Position numbers and translations under genes: made by a program
NCBI RefSeq assembly: GCF_009914755.1
Contig: NC_060937.1
From: the human T2T-CHM13v2.0 reference genome, Homo sapiens
Reading direction: 5' to 3' (one strand)
Length of the DNA stretch: 64,000 nt
The notes under the pieces: generated by a model
Databases searched by the model: none
What the model saw: only the letters and a program-made list of their open reading frames with translations
What the model was told of the DNA's origin: nothing
Shown here: in pieces, positions 31,010 to 42,598 of the stretch
Numbering within the stretch: position 1 is the stretch's first letter
Layout: each line of letters starts with the position of its first letter

Positions 31010-32439
31010 TTTGGCCATTTCTTGCTCCAGCTGCAGCCTCCGGTTAACCTTCTGCTGGTAGGTTTTGATGACATTCTCCACGTGCTGCTCCATGAAGAAC
31101 TTAAAGGCGTATGGCGAGTAGCTCTTGATGCGTGACTCTCTCTTCTCTTCGTCTCTGCTGTTTTTGCGGACGGGAACGGGAGAGGTCTGAATCTGCTTTT
31201 TATCCTTTCCGCCTTTGTCCCCCTTGGCGCTTTTGCGGCTCTTGTCGCCGCCCTCGGGCTCGTTGGGGCCCGCACGGAGGCTCTGCTCCATGCCTGCGCA
31301 CAGGCTGTCCAGGTCGTACTGCTCCGACTTGCTGCGCAGCAGCAGGTGCTTCGGGTAGGGCGGAGGCGGGCACCTCCGGTCTGGGCCTCCGTACTCCACG
31401 TCCAGCGGGAAGGCGCCTGCGCCGCCCAGCGCCAGGGCATGCTCCTCCTTGGCGTCCAAGCCCTCCGCAGCCGGGGCGGGGGCGGGGGCGGGGGCGGGGG
31501 CCGGGGCAGGCGCGGGCACCCAGGCGGGGTGCGAGGGCCCCACAGCCGTCTGCGGCTCCGGCCTCAGCACACGCACGCTCTTCACCGGGTGCAAGATGTG
31601 CGCGGCCGTGACAGCCGTCACGGTGTTGGGGGCGGGCAGGGAGGGCTCGGCCTTGCCAGGCGGACCGGGCCGCGGCTGGTGGCTGTTGAAGGAGTTGGTC
31701 CTGCTGGGCACTGGGCAGTCAGGCCGGAAGGCCACGTGCGCGCGCGGCGGCGCCTCCAGGCCCGGCTTCTGCAGGGAGTCCCGGCGGGCCAGGGTGGCAG
31801 CCGGCCACTGCTGGACGGAGGTGCTGCTCAATTCATACAGGTCCACGTTGAGGCTGTTCCGCGAGGGAGTGAGCAGGCTCTGCGGGGGGCTGTCGCTGGC
31901 GAACACCTGGCTGCGGGAGCCCAGCACATGCAGCTGGTGGGCCACGGGACCGGCCTGCTTGTGGTGTGGGTGCGGCACGTAGAGCCCGGCGGCAGGGGGT
32001 GGGAAAGCGAGGCCGGCGCCTGGCGGTCCTCCCTGGCCCTTCGTGGGCAGGCTGGCGTAACCCCCGGTCTCCGGCGGCGTCTTGCTCTGGAAGGAGGGGC
32101 TGCGCTGCACTCCGTAGCCCAGGGGTTCCCCAGGCACCAGCAGGTGCGGCCGCCCGTAGTGCGCGCCCTGCAGCGGGAAGTGTGCCCCTGCTGCCTCTAC
32201 GCTGGCACCGTAGCCCTTGGGTGGGTGCTGGTGCTGGTGGCCGGGCCCGTGGGGGCCGACTCCGGGGAAAAGGTAGTCCACGTACGGCCGCGGCATCTCC
32301 TCCAGCGCCGTGGGGCCGTCAGCGCCGAAGCTTGGGCCCTCGTAGGGGGTACCGCTCAGCTGGTGGTAGGACGCAAACGAATCGCCGGTTCCTTCGAAGC
32401 TGGGCCTCCGCGTCACTGGGGTTGGCATGAGCCCCTTTC
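31010..32439 (-). CDS. LATS2: LATS2 coding exon (exon 4; 1430 nt, Pro/Gly-rich region, PA repeat, PPxY motif, start of MOB1-binding region)
   Basis: ORF 30761..32428 contains RRDSLQKP, (PA)8, CPPPPYPK and YSPYAFKFFMEQHVENVIK. Acceptor ctgcag|GAAAG at 32439, donor GCCAAA|gtaatt at 31010. Confidence 0.98.
31100..32420. promoter_or_regulatory. Exonic CpG island over LATS2 exon 4
   Basis: Very GC- and CpG-rich throughout, by inspection. Confidence 0.8.
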
Positions 32440-33593
32440 CTGCAGTGGAAAAAACAGGAAGACAGCATCAGAGTGGGTGTGATCAGTGGGTTCTGGCACT
32501 TCCAGGCTGGTCCCCACTCTAGCGCTGCCCTCGGGGCTGAGGGTCTTGAACCCTGGGCCCTGACGTGCTGCATTCTGCCCAGCACAGGGTCAGTGGACTC
32601 CCCTCTGCCCTGCCAGCAGGACCAGTTGCCCTAATGTGTTAGCAGAGTGGAGACAAGCTGAAGGGCACATGGGAGGGCCAAGGGCAGAAGAGAAGACTGC
32701 GTCCACATCCTGAGGTGCGTCCCTGCCCCCTGGGGACCACACTGGGGTCACTCTCCTGTCAGGCTAGGGAGCCGTCTGCATAGCCAGCTTTGCTTTTTCA
32801 AAACCCTATCATGCCCAAATTGTGGGGGGCTGAGTTTACCGACACACGGTTCCCAAAGCGCTGCTCCCTCACAGAAAGGGCAGAACTGTATCCACTGTGC
32901 AGCAGCTGCTCCACTTCTCTTTCACCTCTTTTCCAAATTAAAAGACTTTCTAGTTTTTTTTGTCTATATTAAAACAAAGCAATATATACACAATAATAAA
33001 AACCACACAAAACCCCTCTACAAATATCCAGATTGATTTCATCTGCTGCTACCTTAATCCTGACCTCCATTTTGTACATCTCATCTGAAACAGACACCGG
33101 AAGGAAGGACAAAGGTTCCTTTCATTTCTTCAGGCCAACTGCTCCACTTGGCTCGGCTTAGCAGAGGGTGCCGAAGGGTGGAAAGGCTGGGCCTTGCCCA
33201 CAGGAAGACCACCCCGATACCTGGCAGAGTGAAGGCCCTGACAGCCTGGCACTGAGCAAAGGTCACAGGCACACCAAGGCTTTGTTTTCCCTGGGCCCAG
33301 AAGACGTCAGTGAAGAGACACACCAAAGGCAAGTGCAGAGGGAAATCAGCACGGAACATGGGCCTGGCCTTCCCTTTGAGCTGTGCTCTAAGGCCTCAAA
33401 ACTGGAAGAATTCTGACATGGATGGCCAGCTGGGGGCTATTTAAGGAAGTTCCTTCTCTTAAGAAGAAAACAAAAATGTGTGTCCTTTTAACAATGGAGA
33501 TATAACTTACAAAGGTGAGATTTTTCTCACCCACATGAAGTAGGTTTTATCCAAGGTCTTCCACAAAATAGGGAAAACTCTTGCTAATTACTA

Positions 33594-33628
<35 letters not shown>

Positions 33629-34407
33629 CAGACGAGGTCTCCCTCTGTTGCCCAGGCTGGTCTCCAACTCCTGCCTCCATCCTCTGGCCTCAGCCTCCCA
33701 AAGAGTTGGGATTACACAAAACAAAACAAAGCAAAACAAAACCAGGCCACACAGTGTTGGGTTACAGGCTTGAGCCACTGCGCCTGGCCATGAATCCTTT
33801 ATCACACCCCAGGGGCCTCAGGTACCAATCACAGGGCCCATGTGCTCCATCTTGGGAAAGTAACATTCATCCATAGCCAGTAAAAAGCAGGGGTTTGGTG
33901 CGGTGCCTCAGGCCCATCACAGGGGATGCTGAGGGGGGCCCAGCGCTCTGCCCACACTGCCTGCCATTGAACCCCCACTCTCAGAAGCTACGATGTGAGA
34001 GAGGTGTGTTTTAGAATTGAGGAAAGAAGCCACCCTTGTCAAAGATCCCTCCACAGGCCCAAGAGAAAGTGAAAAGACCATTTTTACGCCCGCTTTGCTG
34101 ACTTTTTTGATCTTTCATAAAACAAGCACACACCTTCCCCTAGGTAGGAAGTACTAAGGTAATTTCAGACAAGGCTGGATGGGGCAAGCGCCAGGCGTGT
34201 CCCACGGTCTACCACTTGGGGCTGCTCCCGCCAGGGCCTGACTCTGTCAGGGCAGGGCAGGCTCAGCTTGCCTGTTAACTGAATGAGGCAATGTGCCAGG
34301 AGACTGGCTCTGGCCAGGCCAGGCCAGGTTGGACCCCTCTGCACGTGGTTTTGTTGTCCTTAAGCCACAAACCATCTTTGCCCACTATGCTGCAGGCCTG
34401 GGCTCAC

Positions 34408-34540
34408 CTGGGGAGGTCTGCTTAATGACCCGCACAATCTGCTCATTCCTCGGGTCCAGGTAGCCCATCTTGCTGATGTACTCCAGGGCGGCCTCGATGC
34501 TCCTGCTGCCAGTCTGCTTGAGAGCTCGGCCAGCCATCTC
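34408..34540 (-). CDS. LATS2: LATS2 coding exon (exon 3; 133 nt, C-terminal half of the UBA domain)
   Basis: Translates EMAGRALKQTGSRSIEAALEYISKMGYLDPRNEQIVRVIKQTSP(G). Acceptor ctcccag|GAG, donor CCAG|gtgagc; phase 0 to 1 matches the next exon. Confidence 0.96.
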
Positions 34541-37500
34541 CTGGGAGGGAAGTAAAGGAGAGGTAAGTGCATGTCATCCTAAAACAAAGCCACCAAAGAC
34601 TCCCATCCCCACTCCGTGCTGGACTGTGCTGGGACACTTCGCCTCTGTACTGCTGAGAACCTGCGATATGCTGCAGGAGACCCTCAGAATGAGTGCAGGT
34701 GGCTGTGTGCCCTGCAGGTACCTGATGGCAAAAGCCTAGCACAAGCCACACCATAGACTATTTAGCCTTATGTCAAGGACATATGGGAATTTTGATGATG
34801 GGCCTGAAAGAGACTTAAATTCTGCTTCTCCTCAGAAAACTTTTGTGGTTGGACTGGTGAGTTCAGGATGAACCTAAAACTAGAAACATTTAAGGGGAAG
34901 AACTGTGGGAGTCAGGGAACCTGGCTTTAACCTCAGCTCACCTCCAGGCTAACTCTGGGACTAGGAAACCTGTCCCCAGGGAGAGGGTGCAGCTGCCGAA
35001 GAGTCATATATTACACGCCTACTGTTTACAATGCCCCATGCTGGCTATAGCAGCGGAGGACTGGCCCTTAGAGATCTGACTCGTAGAAGAAAGAAAGGAG
35101 ACAAAACAGGGGCCCATGGAGCCACACAGGTCCAGGACAGGTAGCTCAAACTGCTTGTGGGAAGAACACAGGGACTGGTGGCCACCACGGGAGAGGGCAG
35201 GTAAAATGGATGAGGGCCACAGGAGAAAGCCTCCTTCCACCCGAAAGATGAGGTGGTGGCATGGCTAGCTGTTCCAGACTTTGGGCAGGTGGAGAGCCCT
35301 GGGAGAGAAAAGGCATTCCTGGCAGATGGGACAGCCAGAGCAGAAGCCTGGGGAAAGATGGGCCCATGGCAGCAGCACGCAAGGGTAGGTGGAGATGGGG
35401 GGATGGACCCACAGATGGGGGCCAGGCTCTCCAGGGTTTTGCTCCTGTCTGCAGGCATTCGAGGAAGCTTTCAAACTGGGACATACGGCATCAGCAGGTC
35501 AGGCTGGGGGCGGCTGTGGGTGCAGAGCTGGAGGCACTCAGATGGGGGAGACAGAATAGGCAGGAGGGTACCGAAGAGATGCAGCCCAGTGGCGCGGGGC
35601 GGTGAGGCTCTGATGAAGGCGCCCCCTTCACCTTTCAGGACAGCTCCGCAGAGCTGTAGGCAAACAGGGAGGGTGAGCAGAGAGAAAAGAACACCGTTGA
35701 GGCTGGCTGTGGGACAAGGGCAAAAACAGGCAAAGGCCACAAAAAGGGCTTCAGCAGAAGAAGAAAGGCTGAGCACTCTGAAGGTCAACGAGGAGGGCAA
35801 CCAGGCAGGAGGAAACTGAAAATGTAGAACGGGGAGCTCCGGAAAGGAGTCCACAGTTACCCAGACAGCAGAGAAGAAAGGGGTGGAGATGGCTGGGCGT
35901 GGTGGCTCACGCCTGTAATTCCAGCACTTTGGGAGGCCGAGGCAGGTGGATCAAGAGGTCAAGAGATCGAGACCATCCTGGCCAACATGGTGAAATCCCG
36001 TCTCTGCTAAAAATACAAAAATTAGCTGGGTATGGTGGTGTGTGCCTGTAGTTCCAGCTACTCAGGAGGCTGAGGCAGGTGAATTGCTTGAAACCTGGGA
36101 GGTGGAGGCTGCAGTGAGCCGAGATCACGCCACTGCACTCCAGCCTGGCGACAAAGTGTGACTCCATCTCCAAAAAAAAAAAAAAAAAAATGGGGGGGTG
36201 GAGATACAGAAAGACCCCGGACAGTGGGGGAGGCCGTGCAGGGCTGCTCTGCAGCAGGAAGCCTGGCCATGGTCACAGAGCCACTCCGCAGAGAGAGATG
36301 CAGCACTGAGTGTCCCCCACCTCTGGATAGGGCATTGTGGTGCCCATGATCTGAATCGCACTCAGCTGTGTGTCTGTGGTTCCCTTAGGACAAGAAGAAC
36401 CTGGCAGGGCCTGAATCCATGTTACTCATGGTTGCTTCTGCCCCCTTAACACAGTGCCTAGAACAAATTAAGCACTTATTGTCCATATATGATGGTCTAA
36501 TACTGAATCAAGCTTTCCAGTCCTGGCCGTATGCCAGCAGAATGGCAGCACAAAAAACACGGGCTGTAAACTGTGTTCTTAGCAATGCAGGCGTGGGCAT
36601 GGCAAGATGGCAGGGACAGGCAAGGGGCTGCAGAGGAGCACGAGGTGGAAGGCCTGGGGAGGTGCCGCCACATGGGCAGGCCATGTTGCCTGCCCATGTG
36701 GGACATGGGACATGAAGTGACAGATTGGAAAATGGTAATAAGAACAGACCTGTTTGTTAAAGTGGCGCCTGGACTACCAGAAAGGGCAAGTGTTTACAAC
36801 CTGGAAGAGTTGCAGAGAGAAGGCAGCGGTGGTTCAGAAGGGAAGTGCTTCCTGACCCCACCTGGGACAGGAGATAAGACTCCCACCACCGCCTACTTCG
36901 GGAGCTATGCGATGAGATCACGTCTACGAAGACTCAACAGCTTGGAGGAAGACACGATATAAGACCACATCTTTGTGGGATCACCCTGGAGCTTTTGGCG
37001 CCCATTAAAAAAATGTGCCAATTGGGGCTGACTCTAACCACAAGCCTTTCCATCAGCACTAACCGTTCAATTGCTTCATCTGAAACGTGACCAACGCTCT
37101 GTCTCCTGCAGGGTGAATCACCAGCCTGTGCTCATTAACCCAGTACCTGTTGACTGCCAAGGAAGGGACAGCTCCAGGACAGACTAGGTCAATGTGGATG
37201 TTCTCAAATTCCCTCCCTGTTTATGGAGCACCCACTACTCAAGATGTGTATGTTTATTGTGCATCAAATCTAGGAACTCAGAAAAATCAGCAAGGAGACC
37301 ACAAGTGAAGACTCATGTTCAGAAGGGAGTTTCAAGTCCTAAAAGTGAACCGTACTCATGAGCCGGCTTGTTTATAAATAAACCCTTCAAATAACCCATG
37401 TCCTTTGAGGCTTGCCCTTGTTATCTGTCCATCAACCCTTCTTTAGCAAGTAAGTACTTCCTATCTGTACATTAAATCTCAGAAGATGCTACTGTACATA

Positions 37501-40500
37501 TACATAGAGCTATGTTTTAAACACTGAAGGAAATGGGAATCCACTTCTAAATCCATCAGAAATACATGGCCTCTGGGCACAAAGTACATGCAGAGTCACA
37601 GAGTGAAGACAAGTGCACAGTCGGGGGAATGGCAAGAGGTCGGAGCCAGGATGCGGGAGGAGTGTGTCAGAGAGATGCAGCTGAAGCCTGGCCGAGGAGC
37701 TTGGCCACTCACCTTCCTTTCTTAAGCATGTATGGAGACCAAGCTGGATGTGGTGGCTCACGCCTATAATCCCAACACTTTGGGAGACTGAGGCAGGAAG
37801 ACTGCTTGAGCCCGGGAGTTTGAGGCCAGACTGGGCAACACAGTGAGACCCCGTCTCTACACAAAAATAGCTGGGTGTTGATGGCGCATGCCTGTAATCC
37901 CAGCTACTGAAGAGGTTGAGGCAGGAGGATTGCTTGAGTCCAGGAAGTAGGGCAGGCTGGGCAACAAAGTAAGAATGTGTCTCAAAAAAAAAAAAAAATA
38001 GAATAAAATATTTTTTAAAAGAAGAATGTATAAAGATCATCATTTAAGGGTCCTTATCTAGAATCGTAGGTGGCTATTCCAAAAGATGGCAGGATGGCGC
38101 AGTGGTACAGGGCGCAGATAGGGAGGCCACACACCTAGGTTCACCCCTCCCCTCTGCTGCTTAGCAGCTGTGTAACTTTCAGCAAATCATTTCCTTACTT
38201 TGAGTGCCCGTTTCCTCATCTGGGAAATAAGGCTAATAGGTTGCTCTAGGGATGAAAGGAGATGTCATGCTTGGGCATCAGCATCACTTAAGGGTTAGCT
38301 GTTACAGTTCACAAAGGTATCTTATGTGTTTCTGGGAAAAAAAAACATAAAAACTGTAATTGTAGATTTTATGCATGTTTGATATTTAATGGCTCTAATG
38401 TTTTACTGTGTATTCTTCTTACAATAATTATACAAAGAAATGTAATGAGTTCTTTTCCCCAAGCCTCAATAGACACCTCCAGTCTCTTCCAGCTTACCTC
38501 AGGCTGCTGTGTAAACATTATCCACGTCTATGCATGCCAAGATGTGGAAAGGGTGAGCAGCCCTGCCCCAAAGCAAGAGTGCAGCTGCAAGCCAACTGAA
38601 GGCGAGGACAGTTCAGGTATGTGTTCTGGTGTCTAGCGTGTAGAAAGAGATCAGCAGATATCTGTTCAATGAATGATTGAGTGAGTGACTGAGTTAGACT
38701 GTGACATAGGATAGATGAAAGGAAGAAAGAGCTGCAAGCAGGGAGTAAGAAGATACTGTCTGTTCCACTGGGCAGGCTGCCCTGGTGTGTGGAAGATGGA
38801 GATAAGGTACACAGCAGAGATGCACCAAGGCACAGGCTAAAGGGAATTTCAAATCAACATTATCAACAGCAGCAACTTCCAAGTTTTACTCCATTATCTA
38901 GTTTGCACACGTGCCATTCTTCAGGACAGCCTCTTCTACAGAAGTTCACAAAATCTTAATGCTCTTTGAATGTGTGTATCATGCACTATTTACCAATTAC
39001 TAATTATTTACAGAGTAATGTGGTAGGCTAACAAGACTTTGATGACTTTGTGTCAGTCACCTAGCCACGTGCAACAAGAAAATCCCTCACACACTAAATT
39101 TTTCTCCTAAAACCCTCAAGAAAGCTTAATTTAGGAAAGCTTAATTTAGGATTGGGCTAATGTCTCATAGAAGAAGGATGCTAATCCATTGAACTTGGTT
39201 ACCACGCCCATAAATTAAGCCTTCTCTTCTAGACAGAGCTCAATGCTGGAGTTGAAGCCATCATATGAGCACCAGATTTGGCACAAGATACCTGCAGTGT
39301 TTAACACTTCCTTCATCAGTGACCACTCCATGCCACCTGCTGCAAGAGTAAGATGACTCAACATGTGCAAAACCCAATCTCCTGCCTCTAACTTACCAGT
39401 TCTCTCAGGGCTCCCAACCTTGGAAGCATCTTGACTTTGAGATTTCATTCACATCTCACATCCAGTCCAGAAGCATTTTTTTTCTACCTACATTAGAGTG
39501 GTAGAAGATTTTTTTTTTTTTTTTTTTGAGACAGAGGCTCGTTCTGTCCCCCAGGGTGGAGTACAGTGGCGTAATATTGGCTCACTGAAATTTCATCTCC
39601 CAGATTCAAACAATTCTCCTGCCTCAGCTTCCCGAATAGCTGGGATTACATGCATGAACTACCACCATACCTGGCTAATTTTTGTATTTTTAGTAGAGGT
39701 GGCGTTTTGCCATGTTGGCCAGGCTGGTCTCGAACTCCTGACCTCAGGTGATCCACCTGCCTCAGCTTCCCAAGGTGCTGGGATTATAGGTGTGAGCCAC
39801 CGTGCCTGGGCTGATAGAAGATTCTGGATACTTTGAAGGCAGAACTGATACTATTATTCACACTCCATATCAAATTCAGCAAAACCTGACATGGCATAAA
39901 CTCTATGCCTCACAGTTTGGGGAGCCACAATGGTTACAAAATAAGAGTCTGACGGGCTCTTACCTGGAGCCCTTATCTGCTACCCTCTGGGCTATTCTTG
40001 CAGATTCATAAATATTAAATGAAAAATTATTTTGTCAGATTGGCTGTAGAATAGAAGCTAGTAGGGCTAAATACTATGGCACAAAGGACAGACACCCCGA
40101 GGGGCCTGGCAGCCTCGTCTCTTCTGGAGAGCGGTGACATGCACTGCAGTGGGCTAGTCTCAGCTTGGGGTGGTGGCCCTGGACCAGATAGAAGGAATTC
40201 TTCCCACTCCATTAAAGCAGAGCTCCTCAAGAGGTTTTCTGCCTCATGACTAAAACTAAGAGATTGGGGAGGGACTGAGAAGGGCAAGACAAACTGAGGT
40301 TTCACTGGTTTACTGCTGCTACTGACAGCTCTTGTAAAACTCCACTTTAGGTGTGTGAATTACATATGAATAAAGCAGTTTTGAACATCTGTACCTTAGG
40401 TATCTTTCCCAAGAGATTTCTCCTCTTACATTTTGTCAACAAATTGATGTTCGCTTAAAACTGGACCTAACCACTACGAAGCCTGGAAAATGTGAGATTT

Positions 40501-41759
40501 GCCCATATGCTATCTGATATAGAAAGGACTGCAAAAGAGGCACTTTAACAAAACGGCGAGGTGGCTGAGGGGTGGGACACCTGCCAGTATCAGGCCCTGC
40601 CAGTATCTTGAGGCTGGTCCTCTCAATTGCAAGGACCACACCCCAGCTCCAAACCTCCCCATGGGATGGTCCAGGCCTCTGTTGCAGGTACATCACCATT
40701 TAATGATCTTCTCTGCTGTCCCTCGGGGAAGCTGGCCTCACCCAGCTCTCCAGCTGCTGACCAGCTGCCAGACAGCCTAGCATGGGCTCCTGACACACCC
40801 TCTGCTCTCTTGGCTTGGTCCCCTTCTACTAAGCACAGGGCTTACGAGGACGGGTGGGAACTGGAAGACACTCCTTCAATCTACCGCTCAGCTCTTAGCA
40901 AGGCAGGAGCTGGGCTTGCAATGTCTAAGCAGCAGAAGTATTTCACGTGCATTGCCATGTGAATGCAAGTAATTTAAATGCAGTGACAATTATTATGTAT
41001 GAGGGAAGGAATTTCCTATGCAGATCCTCCCCCACTCAGCCCTTCCTGGTAAGGAAGCATTTTTCAAGCCTTAGCAAAACCATATCCTAAAGTTTTAACA
41101 TTCCAACTATGAGGTTTGGCTGAAAAAGTAGAAACGGAGCACTCTGGCCCTATCGTGTCTGCGTGGGCCTCTGTCTGTGTCTGCCTGTCTCTCAGGCTTT
41201 CTCAGGTAACTTCCACTTAAGTTGTAGCTGACGCCTGTAATCCCAGGGCTTTGGGAGGCCAAGGTAGGATCGCTTGAGGCCAGGAGTTCAAGACCAGCCT
41301 GGGCAAGACCCGCATGTTTGTAAAAAGTGAGAAAATTAGCTGGGCATGGTGGTGGGTGCCTGTAGTTCCAGCTTCATGGGAGGCTGAGGCAGGAATCACT
41401 TTGAACCTGGGAGGTGGAGGCTGCAGTGAGCTGAGATCATGCCACTGCACTCCAGCCTGGGAGACAGAGCAAGAGACCCTGTCTCAAACAAACAAACAAA
41501 AATTAATTAATTAATTAAATTAAGAAAAAACAAAGACTGAGGGAGAGAAGAGGATGAGAGGGGCCAGTTGGCTGGCAGAGGAGGCTGCACTGTCTCTGGC
41601 GGGATCCTGTGCTTGCTTGGAGGATTGCCAGCAGGGTGGTCTTCAAAAGAATCTCTGACCCAAAGGCCTAGATTTTTTTATGAGAACACAGGAGCCGAGG
41701 AGCTGGAATTTCCAAAGGGTGTTCCAACCCCACCCCCACGGAAAGGCCCCTGGAAGAAT

Positions 41760-42460
41760 GAGGCCCTCCGGGCCCAGGGCTCCTCTAACCGCCCCACCAT
41801 TGCGTGCCCCTCCCCTGAGCGCGGCGCTCCCGGCGATCTTGGGCAGGTGGGGCCCCAAGGCCTTGTCAATGCGGGGCGAGGCGGGGCGGGGCCCGACAAC
41901 CTTGGGCTGGTGGGGCAGAGCCCCGTGACCTTGTCCACACGGGGCGGGGGCCGCAGCGACATTGTGCACGCCGGGTGGGGGCCCTGCGACATTGTCCACG
42001 ACCTTGTGCACGCGGGGCGGGGGCCCTGGCGACGTTGTCCACGCAGGGTAGGAGTCCCGGTGACCTTGCGCACACGGCGCAAGGGCCCTGGTGACCTTTT
42101 CCACGACCTTGTCCACGCAGGACAGGGATCCCCGCGACCTTGTGCACGCAGGGCGGGGGTTCTGGCGACCTGGTCCACAACCTTGTCCACGCGAGGCAGG
42201 GGCCCCGGTGACCTTGGGCAGGCGCAGCACGTGCCGTGTGCGAGCCAATTATGACTGGAAAACAGGTGGAGGACAAATGGAAGTAGTGGCCTTTGGAGTT
42301 TAAATGTCTGTGTGCTTGAAGAAAATGAGTCGCCACCTTGCGCGGATGCAGCAGAAGCTCCAGCCCCAGCCGTGGCCGCCTCCGACCGCTGGTGGCGCCG
42401 CAGGCCCCCGAACCTTGGTAAACCAGACACACGCCCGGAAGACACCTGCTCGGCACATAC
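41760..42460. promoter_or_regulatory. Intronic CpG island (possible enhancer or alternative promoter)
   Basis: Dense CpGs and GGGGCGGGG boxes; CACGTG 42228, CCAAT 42245, CCGGAAG 42435. Not derived from Alu or L1. Confidence 0.7.
41835..42222 (+). repeat. GC-rich minisatellite, ~30-31-bp degenerate unit (gygaccttgtscacgcrgggcrggggcccyg), about 9-12 copies
   Basis: Core gaccttgt(c/g)cac recurs at about 41927, 41958, 41988, 42000, 42031, 42062, 42093, 42105, 42136, 42167, 42179 and 42210. Confidence 0.9.
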
Positions 42461-42541
42461 AGGTACAAACCATACGTCTTTTTGAAACGAATGAAGAAGA
42501 AATTTGGCATAATGTTTTGTTTTTGTTTTGTGTATTTTTAA

Positions 42542-42598
42542 GGGCCATGCTAATCTCTGTATCGTTCCAATTTTCATATCTGCTGCAGAAGCGAGCAC
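42542..42598 (-). pseudogene. 3'-truncated U6 snRNA retrocopy (5' ~60 nt)
   Basis: Minus strand GTGCTCGCTTCTGCAGCAGATATGAAAATTGGAACGATACAGAGATTAGCATGGCCC matches the U6 5' half including the ACAGAG box, with small deletions. Confidence 0.9.

Noticed and set aside
31132-32482. 378-aa and other + strand ORFs antisense to exon 4
   Set aside because: Shadow ORFs of a GC-rich coding exon.
35019-35854. Cluster of 110-190 aa ORFs in purine-rich intron sequence
   Set aside because: No recognisable homology or splice context; looks like degraded L2-like or G-rich sequence.
39121-39150. Short tandem duplications (15 bp here; ~32 bp at 49888-49953; 19 bp at ~10264-10301)
   Set aside because: Ordinary slippage products with no further structure.
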